Positions 23,596 through 36,715 of a stretch of 64,000 nt of DNA are shown piece by piece. The DNA lies in NCBI GenBank assembly GCA_038087875.1, contig JAXLNO010000338.1, positions 124,001-188,000 of the forward strand, in the 5' to 3' direction. The notes under the pieces were generated by a model that worked only from the letters and a program-made list of their open reading frames with translations, searched no databases and was not told the origin of the DNA. The stretch is from Malacoraja senta. Lineage: Eukaryota. The stretch's first letter is position 1, and each line of letters starts with the position of its first letter. The translations under genes and the position numbers were made by a program.

Positions 23596-23727
23596 TGTCG
23601 TGGTTTCCAATACTGAAAATTAACTCAGGCAAGGCAGAGAATTCTTCAAGAAGTTTAAACTTTTATTTGCAAATAAAAGCTGGATCATCCCACGTCATCA
23701 GTCCACGTGGAGCTCTCTGAGCCACAA

Positions 23728-24745
23728 ATAATAATAATAAACTTTATTTCGGACTCAAGGTTCAGACAAGGGGCAACATTACATAAAAATGCATTGCATA
23801 TTAAAAAATATCATAAAGTACGTATAAAGTCTTAGTATATCACTTACAAAAACATCATAAATTATATATTTAAAAAAAACCACAATACATGAATTAAAAT
23901 CCAGAATAACAGTATGATCAATGTCCTACAACGAGACAATGATACCAGTGTCTCCACAACTGGGATTCGTAGCGTGTAGTGCTAAACCTTATGTTTGACA
24001 AGGCCACAATAATTACATTTTTAGAGTCATTGATCCTGCAGATGAATTTATACATATGATTTCTTAGGATAGCTTCTAAAGTACTGACTCCTGCAGCCAC
24101 AAACATGTTACCAGCACTACACCATCTAGGTTTCCTTAGCAGTGTTCTCATGGCATCATTATATGACACCTTTAGTCTCTGCAAACTTGTCTTTCCGTAG
24201 TTCGACCACAGGTGTGCAGTATACAGTGGTGTGCAATATGCTCTAAATAGCGACATCTTCACCACATCTGCACACGCACCAAACTTATGCAAGGGAATAT
24301 TCGCCTGTACATACAGCATGCGTCGTTGCAGATAAATATCCTCATCATCTGTCATTTGTTCTGTAATAAAATGCCCTAGATATTTTACCTTATTACAGAC
24401 ACTAAGATTATTGTCAGACAATTTAAAATCAGGAAATTTGGACATTTATCCTCTTTGGTTCTACAGATCATAACAGCACTCTTACCAGCATTATATTTAA
24501 TATCATGTTCCACACCATACACAGAACATATAGTAAGGAGCTACTGGAGACCAGCGCTCGATGGACTAAAGACCACAAGATCATCTGCATACATAATATG
24601 GTTCACTAAAACATTACCAATCATGCACCCAGTATTACAGTCTTTCAATTGTTTGGCCAGATCATCAATATAAAGATTAAAAAGGACTGGGGACAAAATT
24701 CCATCTTGTCTAACACCATTGCTAACCCAAAATGGGGCTGAGACC
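23728..24745 (-). mobile_element. 5'-truncated non-LTR retrotransposon (RT and C-terminus; clade uncertain, RTE-X/Proto2-like)
   Basis: GVRQDGILSPVLFNLYIDDL, YADDLVV, KYLGH...LFRAYCTPLY...LW; (TTA)n tail at ~23728. Confidence 0.8.
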
Positions 24746-25975
24746 CTATTGCCCCATTATATTTGCCTGGTCTGGTGGGCATACCAGTAGGCCCGAATTC
24801 TCACCATGTATTAGGATCAAACAAACAAAGGATCATCTCTTTTTATACCATGTCCAACTCTGCATGCCCCACCCCTGTTACATTTCCATATCCAATCATT
24901 TGCCGACATTCCTCATCATCAGCCAATCACTTGCTCCCACTTATCTCCTCCTTCACGGTATTTTTCCATGCTTACAATATGTATAGTCACATGACTCCCT
25001 TTTTATGGCCTCTGTCAGCCATGTGCTGTTGACTTCTTTGTTCAGAGTTGTTTCATTTTAACAAAGTGAAATCAAAGAAAAGTGGACTCAATTCCCAGAA
25101 CCCACTACTCAAAATATAAGAGATACAGTGGTCACTCAATTCATATACACAAGACACATTGTTCCCATTAAACTCTGTACGTCTCAGGGAAGAATGTTAT
25201 CTCTTAACCTATAAACCTAAATACAGGGTCCCTAATGGTTATAATCCTTTCAAACCCAACATACCCTCATCCCAGAGCACAGATGGTTTTTATTACACAT
25301 CACATAGTTAGAATATAATTAACTATGTATTATAAACCTGAAAAGTATGAATTTGTTTTAGCTTTGCAAAGTCTACAAAGATTTTTAAGCAGATTCCAAT
25401 CACACACCTATCTCCAAGCACACAGGGGTCGTATAAATGTCACACTTGATAAATGATAATTGCTTCTTGGCTAGCTCCACACACCCTCCCCCTCTCTTGT
25501 TATCGCAGGGGATGGAATTTCAAACTCATCCTTGGGCCTCTTAAGACTCCTCACCAACAGCATTACAGATCAAATGAAATGTTACAGCTGCAGACACCAC
25601 TATCACTATCTAAGAGTATAGCCACCTCAGTTTTTATAAACATAATAAATCCAACATACAAAGGTCACATAACCCTCACCCGAACACCTTTCCCTTCACA
25701 TATGTCTTATCTCTTGTCTCAACATGAGTATAATTAAACGTAGCAAACTTAATACAGAATCCATTTATTATTCCAGCCTTGTTGTCTTGGACGTATAAAC
25801 AGTCATAAATCCTGAGCTATGTCATTAAAACACTTCACAAGAATGTGACATCGAGAAAGAGCAAATGGCCTGTGACCAAATGGCCTGTGACCTGAGAACG
25901 GGCCCCATTGACAAACTACTTTTTAAAATATAACCTCTTTTCAATACAAGATTATACAAGATACATTTAATATAA

Positions 25976-28900
25976 ATTTTACTTCAGAGTCACGTTTGTG
26001 ACTACGTGAAGGAAGACCCGTCAGGGTGCATGCGCGTCATTACGTCGGTCGCATTGGCGCACAGACAGCGGGAGGACAGAGCTCCTCCCGATGTAAGAAC
26101 TTTTAGGGTATTTTAAAGAGTTTTAAAGCTCCAGCTAAGTCTGAAACTTGTCAGAAACTTAGCTGGAGTAAAATAAGTTCCTTGACTGGTGCTGTGCTCT
26201 GTGTTTTGTCACAGGCAGCACCATGGTGAAGACGAGCAGGGGAGGATAGAGCTCCTCCTGTAGCAGGTACTTTTAAAGTACTTTTAAAGCTCCAGCTAAG
26301 TGGGAAGCTTAGCTGGAGGGGGACGTTTATTTTGTGGTGCTCTGTATTTTTTATTACAGGCAGCACCATGATGAAGACGACCATGGGGAGGGCAGCCGCA
26401 GGTAAAGCATAGGAGAGCCGCGAGAATGCGGTCTGTTAGCGGCTGCCTCGTACCCCTGCACAGTCGCCGAACGGGAGCGGGGCAACTTCAGACAGTGCTA
26501 AAAAGCACGGGGAAGTCTGGGAGGCCCTTGGACTCAACTGAGTCAGGCCACAACGAGCCTGTACGGGGCTGGAGATGTTTTTTAAACGGTTCTCCCAAAT
26601 GGAGCACCTCATCCAGAGGTTGCTCCAGAAACGCACACTCCGGGGAGGAGTCGTGTGGGCGGTAGGCTGCAGAAAGGCCACGCTGGCAGCACCTGGTAGA
26701 GGGCTGCTTAAAGCACCCTCATGCATGAGGTGAGTGCAGAGGGTCAGCTAAGGTCTGACCCCGACTCTGACTTAGACTTGGAAATAGCGAAGAACGGCCG
26801 TTGTCAGAGGTCCATTCTCTGGCAGCACGATTCGCTGTTCAGTCAGAGTATGGAGTGCCACTGGGAGAAGAGCTGGCCTCCACGATAGGGTCAGCTCAGT
26901 TCTGACCTGATTCTGACGGAGACTTTGTTGAATAGAGAAGAGAGGCCATTGTCAGAGTTCCCATCTCTGGCAGTACGATTCGCTCTCCAGTCAGAGTCTG
27001 GAATCACCAAGAGACGGGGTAACTGCGAGTTGCTGAAGGTGCCAGCAGTGAACCGGGTGATATGGAGCCAGATGGGCGTGGGCGTGCAGTGCCCAGGGGA
27101 TGAAGCTGCAGAGAATCCTGAAATTACTTGGCTCAGGAATCACGGCGTTCGTGAGAACGGTGGATGGAGGGCATGTGTCGGAGACGCAGCAAGAGGTACT
27201 AGGGTTGCTTTGTAGCACCCATTTTTGAGATAAATTGTCTGAGGGAAAGTGCCATTCGGCCCACCGTTAATTCCAAGATTGCAGTATTTTTCCAGCCTAG
27301 CAACATACAGCCGGCCAACCTACTCTTCGGAGAGGACCTCGCCAAGAGTGTCAAGGACATGGATGATGAGGCAAAGATGGTGGGTTTGATCAAGCCACCG
27401 GCAGTCGGCAAGTTTCCAAAAAAGAAAGTACCCCTACAAACGAAGCGGGAACATGGTCAAACATCCACCAGGTACCAAGGAGGTACGTGGGCCTGGTTCT
27501 CAGGTCCACATATCAAATGTGACACAACTTAAACTGGGGTACATTACATCTGTTTCTGGGATGAATGGAAGCAAATTACCTTAGCTCTGTTTATACAGAG
27601 TGTTATTCAAAGGTTTCGAATGGATTTCAATCCAGATTGTGATTTGCACATTCAGCATGTTCTTGGTAGAACTATTCAGTTTTCATTAACAGAACAGATG
27701 GATGTTCAGACTGCGCTTGGAAGCTAATGTGATAAAGGTGTAATTATAAGTTTGTTCACCAACCCCATCAATTTGTGTCTAATATTTTCCCAGGCCAAAA
27801 AAGGATGGGGGATGTAGTATAGACACTGTAAGATGGAATTGTCACTGCCAAGCAACTGGGTCAAGAGGATGCTATATGGCGACTCTAGAGCTTAAAGATG
27901 CGCATTACTCAATGTCTGTTTATTTGCAGGATATTTGAAATTCACCTGGATGGATCAACTATGGCAACAAAATTGTTAAAACCTATAATAGGCATGCTGA
28001 AAGGCCAGAGTACAGGTGTTCATGGCTTATCTCGATGATATCTTGATTACAGGGGTATCCAAGAGAACAGCTGAAGTAACAGGTGATAGTTGTTAAATCC
28101 AATTTTCAAAAATTGGTTCATTATGCATCCAGACGAATCCAAATTAACACCTGACTATTTGGGTCACAATTGATTCAATTAAGTGACTCTGCCCAGGGGA
28201 AAAAGGGTAGAGCTAATTGACAGGTGTATCAAGCTAATTGAGGCATTAAGGATAGATTCGGGTCATTATAATAGACCTATGCAGTTATCAGTAAAGGCTA
28301 TTTCTGATTTTCAATGGGATTCACCATGTGTCCAGGAGTTATAGCAAGGTAATGCTTCACCAGCCTTCCATGATTTTGCAGATGAATGTCAGCACTCGGG
28401 TGGGGTGTCACGGATACGAGTTTAAGCTGTGGAGGCAGATGGACTGAGCAAGAGGCATCGTTTCTGTAGACATGGGCAATGAACTATAAAGAGGCTTATT
28501 GCTCTAACAAATGTAATCTGCATGTTCAGTTTCAGATTGACAATAATACGCAAGTGGCATATATATTAATGTGACAGATTGGCTAATCACATTTGGGCTT
28601 GGTGCATGGAAAAATATATTTCAGCTATTTATCTACCAGGTAAATACTACATAGTAGCAGATGCCACGTCACGAAAGTTCCATGACAATATAGATTGGAT
28701 GTTGAACCAGGAGGTGTTCAATAATATTGTTATGAATGTATATGTATATGAATGCCAGATATCGATTTGCTTGCATCAAGGTTCAACCACCAGCAGCCTA
28801 AATAGGTTTCATGGGAACCAGACCAGGTGGCAGTTGCAATTGATACTTTGACGTTACATTGGGGTGGTATGTTTTATATATTTTCCTACCATTTTGCCTA

Positions 28901-30603
28901 ATAGGTCGGAGTCTGCAAGAAATCAAGCAGGATGCCGCTTTGGGGGTGCTTGTAATACCTAATTGGCCGAATCAAGCATGGTTCCCTTTGATGTTACAGT
29001 TAGGGATCAAACCTCTTTTAGGTGGTTCCCAAGCGTAGGAATTGACTGGAGCATCCGCTAACAAGGGAAAGTCATCTGTTATGTGATTGTATTGACTTGT
29101 TAATTTGCAGGTTTTAAGAAGGCCATACCTGAAGCAAGGACTGACTGGGTGAACGGTGGACATGCTCACTGAAGCCTGGAGAAAGTGTACTCAAAAGGGG
29201 TATATTACATGTAAAAAATGGGAGCAATATTGTGTACAAAATAATATTGACTATAGTACTGCAGGTATTGTGGATATTTTAGAATTCCTGTTGACACTCT
29301 ACGATGATGAGGGGTTCAGTTATAGCACCATTAATACAGCTTTAAGTGCTTTGTCATCGTATGGTTTTGATGGGGTCAGGAAAGATCCTATTGAGTTTCA
29401 TCATATCATAGCTGGATTGATGAAAGGAATTTCAACTCGAAACCTCCTAAACCCAGGTATATGGCGATCTGGGATGTAAGTGTGTTCCTCAAGATGCTTT
29501 GACAGTAGGTTCCTGTCATGTCTCTGAATTTGCCAAACTAATCATGAAAGTGGTTATGCTCTTGGCATAGGTTCAGCATAGCAAGTGCAGAGTTTGCAAA
29601 AGCTTCTGCTGGACAGGATGGAAGTTGCTGAAGAGAATGTTATGTTATATAATTGCGTCCTGTTTAAGCAGAGCAGGCCAGGTGTCACAGGGTTGTTAAT
29701 ATTGTACTTCAGCATAACCTACTGATCCATGTTTATGTGTAATGGCACATTTATTTTCATTATATTGAAGCTATAAAGACCTTAAGAAATGTGGAAACAG
29801 CATTGTTTATCAGTTACATGAAGCCACACAGGAGAGTGTTAGTGCAGACTATCTCAAGGTGGTTTAAAGCAAATGTTGATTAAGGCAGGTATTAACACTG
29901 AAGTTAATATATCCTTTTTTCCACTAGTGCAGCAGCAACGTCGTCGGCTAGGGCGATGGATGTTCACAGCGGCCATATTTTTATAGGTGCCGGGTGGTCA
30001 AATTTTTTTTTTTTTAATTTTTAATTTTACCATCGGCCGATCGCCGATCGGAGAGAGGCTATTTGCAAATTCAGGATTAAGTCCGGTTTAGTTTCCACTG
30101 TGATAGAGGGGTTACTGGTTGTTTTGATTATTCAAATCAATTGTTACTGCATGATATTCACATTTCATGTTTAACGCATTATTGATTGTTTCTCATCGAA
30201 AGTCAATCAATGCAGTGAGAAGCCGGGATTTGGATCTGCGGCATAAAATCACAGAGCTTTGAACCCTTCACGTAGTCACAAACGTGACTCCGAAGTAAAA
30301 TAGTAAGATTAAACGAGAACTTACCAAGTTTGAAGTTTGATCTTTATTTTATGAGGAGTTACGTTGGTGATTACGTGCCCGCCACGCCCAACCCTCTCTC
30401 ATAAAAAAAGGTCATATGGTAGTTCTCATGTTGCTCATCTTAATATGTTACTTCAAACATTGTGTTATCTGTGATTTCATACCGCTGCTTTGAAGATTGA
30501 CGCGCATGTGCCCTGACGGGTCTTCTTCACGTAATCACCAACGTAACTCCTCATAAAATAAAGATCAAACTTCAAACTTGGTAATTTCTTGTTTAATCTT
30601 ACT
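25976..30603 (+). mobile_element. DIRS1-like tyrosine-recombinase retrotransposon, full length with decayed ORFs
   Basis: Left ITR, ICR and right ITR+rE present; relic motifs LLFGEDL (gag), FVSNIFPRPKKDGG and AYLDDILI (RT), IDNNT and YLPGK..VADATSR (RNase H), PNWPNQAWFP (MT-like), YSTINTALSALS, KQSRPG and QTISRW (YR). Confidence 0.92.
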
Positions 30604-30921
30604 ATTCTGCAGCTCAATTAGGTCATGACTGCTCTACTCTTGACCAGAAGAGTCTGTAACCAGTAACCCACAACTTCCCAAAGAAACAAATCCATCCTTC
30701 TCAGTAACGTAATGAATCTGCACTCTGCAGTTGAAAATTCCCACGATTCGTTATCATCTGGGAGAAAAATTAAACATTTTTTTCTCCTCAGTTTGAAACC
30801 TTGGCCTCCAAGGTCTAGTTTCCTCCATGAGGGGAACTATCAAGAACAGGAGGAAATAGAACAGTAGTAGGCTATCAGCCCCTGAGAAGTCACCAAACTT
30901 GTCCCACCATTCAATAAAATG

Positions 30922-31435
30922 GTTTAGAGGTACAGCCTTGAAACAGGTCCTTAGGCCCACTGTGTCTGCCCTGACCAGTGACTCCCCCATAGTAACACTA
31001 TCCTATGCACACCTGGGGCCAATTAACCTGCAAACCTACATGTCTTTGGAGTGTGGGGAGGAAGCTGGAAGCCCCAGAGAAAACCCACACAGGTCACGGG
31101 GAGAACGTAAAAAATCCATACATACAGCACCCATGGTCAGGATCGAACCTGGGTCTCTGCCACTGCAAGGTAGCAACTCTACCGCTGCTACTCTGTGCCA
31201 CCCCTTTGCATCACCGTGCTGCCTACACAGTTCTATCCTATACACATGGGACAATTCACAGATGCCAATTAACCTATAAACCTGCAGGTCTTTGGAACTT
31301 GGAGGAAACCGAAGCACCAGGGGAAAACCCATGCGGTCACAGAGAGAACACACAACGTTGGTACAGACAGCACCCTTAGTCAGGATCAAACCGGAGTCAC
31401 AGGGACTGCAAGGAAGTAACTCTACTGCTGAGTCA
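30922..31435 (-). mobile_element. Two adjacent HE1/V-SINE-like SINEs
   Basis: CCAATTAACCT..AAACCT, GGAAAACCCA and CAGGATC.AACC motifs occur twice. Confidence 0.75.
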
Positions 31436-32159
31436 CTCGGAGGCCCCTCTGATTGAAATGTTGGTTGCACGTTCTAACTTTATTCATGAGGGTAATCGTC
31501 AACAACACAAGTAAAAATAGCAGGAGTGGACTACTCCTCCTCTGTTCCAATACCCCAAAACCCTCAATTGCCTGAATATTTCAAAGATTTCTCTATCTGT
31601 TCATAAGCATATCTAATGCCTTAGCCACCACCACCTCTGGGCACAGAATTCCAGCGATTCACACCCTTCTGAAAAAAATAATTTTTATGTACCTCAGTTT
31701 TAAACAACTGGTCCCTTATTCTGTAGTTGTTTCCCCATTGTTTTTAGTCTTTCCCACCAGTGAAATATCTCAACATCTATCATGAAAACCCCTTAAGATA
31801 TTGCATGTGTGAATAAGGTCACTCATCACTTTCTACGCTCCAAGGAATGCAGACCTAAAGTGTTTACCGCTCTTGATGGGACAACCTTTTCATCTCTTGA
31901 CTTAGTTTGGTGAATTTCACCTGGTCTGCATCCAATTCTCCTCTACCCTTTTTAATGTTAAACTGTGTGCGGTTTTCCAGTTATTGACTCACTATCATCC
32001 TGCATAATTCCAATATAACTTCCCTGTTCTTAAATTCCATCCCCTTTGCAGTAAAAACTGCATTTTTTCCATTGGTTACTGGGCCTGCACTTGAATACCA
32101 AGATCCCATCTGAACTTTACTCAGTTACAGTCTCTCTCCATTTAGACAATAATCCACCA

Positions 32160-33876
32160 TTTAAGGTTTAGCTTTAGGTTTGGTATTGTGATGTGTACCA
32201 AGGTACGGTGAAAAGCATTGTGTTTGCTGTTGTATACATAAATACTATCAAGCCGAACGCAAGTACAATATGCAGACTGAAGGATAAGATACAGAGTGAA
32301 GAACATAGCTCTCAACATTATTGTATAACAGTTCCAGAGACAAAATCCAATGGTCATATTGAGGTAAAGGAGAATGTCGACTGGGTCCTAACATATGGAA
32401 TGACCCATTCAAGAGCCTGATAACAGGAGAAGAAGCTGTTCCTGTGTCTGGTGCTCTACACCTTTAAGCTCTGCATCTTCTCCCTGATGTGAGTGGAGAA
32501 AAAATCACTAATGTGAGATAGGTCTTTGACAATGTCGGCTGCCTTCCTGAAGCAGCAGGAAGTGTAAATGGAGACAATGATGGGCAGTCCGGTCTGTGTG
32601 GTGGACTGTGCTACATCCACACCTCTCTGAAATATCTTGTGGTCTTGGGCAGAGCTATTCTGAAAACAAGCTGTGATGTAACCTGATAGTATGCTTTCTA
32701 TGGTGCATCTATGGAAGTTGGTAAGAGTCATTGGACACATAATAATAAATAATAATAATCATTTTATTTACTGGCGCCTTTCTAAAACCCAAGGACACAT
32801 TGCAATGCATAGAATCACAAAAAAAATACAAAACACATAATCGGAATAAATTAAATATAAAAACACCACAGTACACAAATCAAGGACAGAATTCAATTTC
32901 ACGAGCACCAAAAAAAAATAAGAAACACAATTTGAGGAGAGAGCAGCGGCGACCAATTCGCGCCAGCGTCCACTCTCCCCTCCGACCGCCATCTTGTACA
33001 CGGACTAACAGGCACAGCACACAAAATCACCCCCCACACACAATGACCACCACTGTGGGGGAAGGCACAATGTCCAGTCCCCAACCCAGTTCTCCCCAGA
33101 GTCAGGCCCATCGAGGCCACCACTGTTGCCTCTACGGAGGCCCAATGTTCCTGGCCATCGGGAGAGTCCTCGCAGCGACAGGAACGGCTGGTTTCCCAGC
33201 GGAGTCGATGGCACCTGAAGCCGACAGGGCCGCGCCGATTTGGAGCCACGAGGCTCCCGATGTTGGAGTCGGCGCCGCCGCCCGCAGCTGGTCGCTCCGC
33301 AGTCCGGCAGCCCGGAGGTGTTGATGTCGGCGGTCAGCGAATACCGGAGCTCCAGCGCGTCGATCCAGCGCGGCGACCCAGGCAAGGCATCGCCCGCTGC
33401 GCTCCCCGATAGCGCTCCAGCGCTGTGCCGCCACCGAAGCTGAAGGTGCTGGGCGGTCCCCGTCAGTAAACGGCGCTCCATGCCCGCTGGTAGGCCACGA
33501 GGACGGGTCGACGAGGCAGCCTGGAGAAAAAGCTGCCTCACCGACCAGGTAGGGACCCAGAAATAGTTTCCCCCTTACCCCCCCCCACATTAAAAGTCAA
33601 AACCCCCAAACAAACAAAGAAATAAAAAACACTAAAACTAAAGAAAGAGTGAATTTGACGGACTGCTGCTGTTTACCAGCCGTTTCTCCAAGATGGCGGC
33701 TCCATACTAAATTTCCTAAGTCGTCTGAGGAAATGGAGGCATTGGTGTGCCTTCTTGGCTGTCCCTTCAATGTGGTTGGTCCATCAAGGTTCGTTGGTAA
33801 TATTTACACCAAAGAATTTGAAGCTCTCAACCATTTCTACTTTGGCACCATTGATACTGATTGGGGCAAGGTGACT
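32160..33876 (-). mobile_element. Rex1/Babar-like LINE 3' fragment (32160-32740 and 33706-33876) split by a GC-rich insertion
   Basis: INGAKVEMVESFKFFGVNIT...LRRLRKFSM continuing as CPMTLTNFHRCTIESILSGYITACF. Confidence 0.8.
32741..33705 (-). mobile_element. GC-rich non-autonomous retroelement, copy B (L2-like tail)
   Basis: Body similar to 20693-21530; tail TCCTTGGGTTTTAGAAAGGCGCCAGTAAATAAAATG(ATT)n; 5' end GCCGCCATCTTGG. Confidence 0.72.
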
Positions 33877-34674
33877 TAATTCCTCATGCGAAAGAGCATG
33901 ACTCGAAACATCACCAATTCTACCTAGAGATGCTGCTTCTCCTGCTAAGTTACTCCAGCATTTTGTGTCTATCTTCAGTGTGAAGCAGCATCTGCAGTTC
34001 CTACCTACACAATTTGGCTGCTCCACTGAGAAATCTCCTCAAGGTATGCCTACTTTGAAGAAGTTCTCCTCTCTCCAACGAGAGTTCTGCAGTCTGAAAT
34101 TGGGTCTCGATCTGAAACGTCACCCATTCCTTCTATCTCGAGATGCTGCCTGTCCCGCTGAGTTACTCCAGCATTTTGTGTCTCTTCAGCATGACCTCAC
34201 AGCTTCCCACATTAAACACATTAGCCAGGTTTTGACTAATCACTCAAGCTATCTATATCCTGTTGTAGAATCCTCATTAAACCGTGCCATTTCATCTATT
34301 TTTGTATCATTGCCAAATCTGAGTACTTACATTGGTTCCCTGCTCCAATTAGTTGAGGGGAGCCCTGATAGAAGTATGTAAAATTATGTAAGGCATGGAT
34401 AGGTTTGGCTCCCGTCTGGCAGAAGGTGCAGAAGATTGAAGGCACGTACCATCAGCCTCAGCGACAGCTTCTTCCCCTCTGTTATCTGGCTTCTGAACAG
34501 TTTTTCTGTAAGTTATGGTAAGTATGATTTACCTCTATCCACCGACATCATTGGTGTTTCTCACTGGAACTGATGCGCTACAACGCTGAGATCGTTATGC
34601 TGCATGATATTCTTCTCCTTTGAATTGATTCTATTTGTGTATGGTATATCTAATCTGTTTGGATAGCATGGCAT

Positions 34675-35700
34675 GCCTAGGTCCTTGGATGGAGGTAAAG
34701 CGACAAGTGTAGCATTTCCTGCAGTTGCAAGGGAAAGTACCAGGGGAGGGTGGTTTGGGCGGGTAGGGACGAATTGACCAGGGAGTTACAGAGGGAGCGG
34801 TCTCTGCAGAAAGCCTAAAGGGGAGAAGATGAGAAGATGTGGCCAGTGATGGGATCCCGTTGGAGGTGGCGAATATGTCGGAGGATTATCTGTTGTATGT
34901 GACGGCTGGTAGGGTGGAAGGTGAGGACAAGGGGGACTTGTCACGCGTGGGGGGATGGGGAGTGAGAGCGGAGCAACGGGATATAGAAGAGACCCTGGTG
35001 AGAGCCTCATCTATAGTCGAAGAGAAGAAGCCCCGTCCCTAACCTTCCCCTCCCCTGGCACTTTCCCTTGCAACCGCAGGAAATGCTACACTTGTCGCTT
35101 TATCTCCCCCCTTGACTCCATCCAAAGACCTAAGCAGTCTTTCCAGGTGAGGCAGAGGTTCACCTGCCCCTCCTCCAACCTCATCTATTGCATCCGCTGC
35201 TCTAGGTGTCAACTGCTCTACATCGGTGAGACCAAGTTCAGGCTTGGCGATCGCTTCGCCCAACACCTCCGCTCAGTCGGCATTAACCAACCTGATCTCC
35301 CGGTGGCTCAGCACTTCAACTCCCCCTCCCTTTCAGAATCCGACCTTTCGGTACTGGGTCTCCTCCACGGCCAGAGTGAGACCATCGACAAATTGGAGGA
35401 GCAGCATATCATTTGTCGCTTGGGTAGTTTACACCCCAGCGGTATGAACGTTGACCTCCATTTTCAGGTAGTCCTTGCTTACTCCCTCCTTCCCCTCCCC
35501 TTTGAAGCTCTCCCACAGCCTACTATCTCCAGCTCTTCCTTTCTTCTTCCCGCCCCCCCCCCCATATCAGTCTGAAGAAGGGTCTCGACCCAAAACGTCA
35601 CCTATTCCTTTGCTCCATAGATGCTGCCTCACCGCTGAGTTTCTCCAGCATTTTTGTCTACCTTCGATTTTTCCAGCATCTGCAGTTCTTTCTTAAACAT
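34675..35700 (+). mobile_element. Penelope-like fragment with inverted 5' part (34675-35030 minus, 35035-35700 plus)
   Basis: GIY-YIG NLIYCIRCSRCQLLYIGETK on plus; upstream linker sequence in reverse complement. Confidence 0.85.
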
Positions 35701-35844
35701 GTACTTGTTCCTTGTACTTTTCCCGAGTGTATGATGGGGGTAATATGGAGTGAGCTTTACCCAAAATCAAATGTGAGGTGAGAGTCGTTTAATTGTCATA
35801 TGTATCAACAATAGAACAACAAAATTCGGACTTGCTGCAGCTTA

Positions 35845-36160
35845 AAGGCCCTGTCGCACTGTACGAGCTAATTCAAGAGTTCTCCCGAGTTTCCCCTGAT
35901 TAGAACTCGGAGAATTACGGTAATAGCCGCTCGTAGGTACTTGGGGCTCTCGTGGACTTTTTTCAACATGTTGAAAAATCTTCACGAGTCTTCACGAGCT
36001 TACCGCGTTTCCCGAATACCTGCCGTTAGCGTTACGAGCCGCTAGGAGACGTCCCGAGCTCTGACGTACCCGCTACGTACATTCTACGTGCTTACCATGA
36101 GTTTGATTTTTTTTTAAACGGGAGAGCTCTTGAATTACCTCGTACAGTGGGACAGGCTTT
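35845..36160. mobile_element. MITE (PIF/Harbinger- or Kolobok-like)
   Basis: ~40-bp imperfect TIRs CCTGTCGCACTGTACGAGCTAATTCAAGAGTTCTCCCG and CGGGAGAGCTCTTGAATTACCTCGTACAGTGGGACAGG; TTAA on the left. Confidence 0.82.
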
Positions 36161-36402
36161 GAATTTTTATTTTAAAAGGCCGTACATTGAGGCAGCTGGC
36201 AGCATTACTGCCCCTCTGCTACAGCAACTTGGATTCAATCCTGATCTCGGGTACAGCGTGTATCATTTTCATGTTCTCTCTATGACACGTGGATCTCCAC
36301 CAAATGCTCCGTTCCTCCTATATCTCAAAGACATGCGAGTTGGTTGGTTAATTGAATTCTGTAAATTGTCCAGTGTGTGATTGGATGACAGATGTTGTCT
36401 AT

Positions 36403-36715
36403 GTTTAGTTTAGTTTAGAGATACAGTGAGGAAACAGACCCTACAGCCCACCGGGCCTGCACCGACCAGCGATCCCCACATTTTAACGCTACCCTACACA
36501 CACTAGGGGTAATTTTACCTTTTATACCAAGCCAATTAACGTACAAACCTGTACGTCTTTGGAGTGTGGGAGGAAACCGAAGATCTTGGAGAAAACCTAC
36601 GCAGGTCACGGGGAGAACGTACAAACTCCATATAGAAAAACACCTGTAGTCAGGATTGAACCCAGGTCTCTGGCAGTGTAAAGCAGTAGCCTTATGACTA
36701 TGCCACCATGCCATC
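36403..36715 (-). mobile_element. HE1/V-SINE-like SINE (a more decayed + strand copy lies at ~36185-36385)
   Basis: Same body and (TTTAG)n tail as 13692-13998. Confidence 0.82.
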
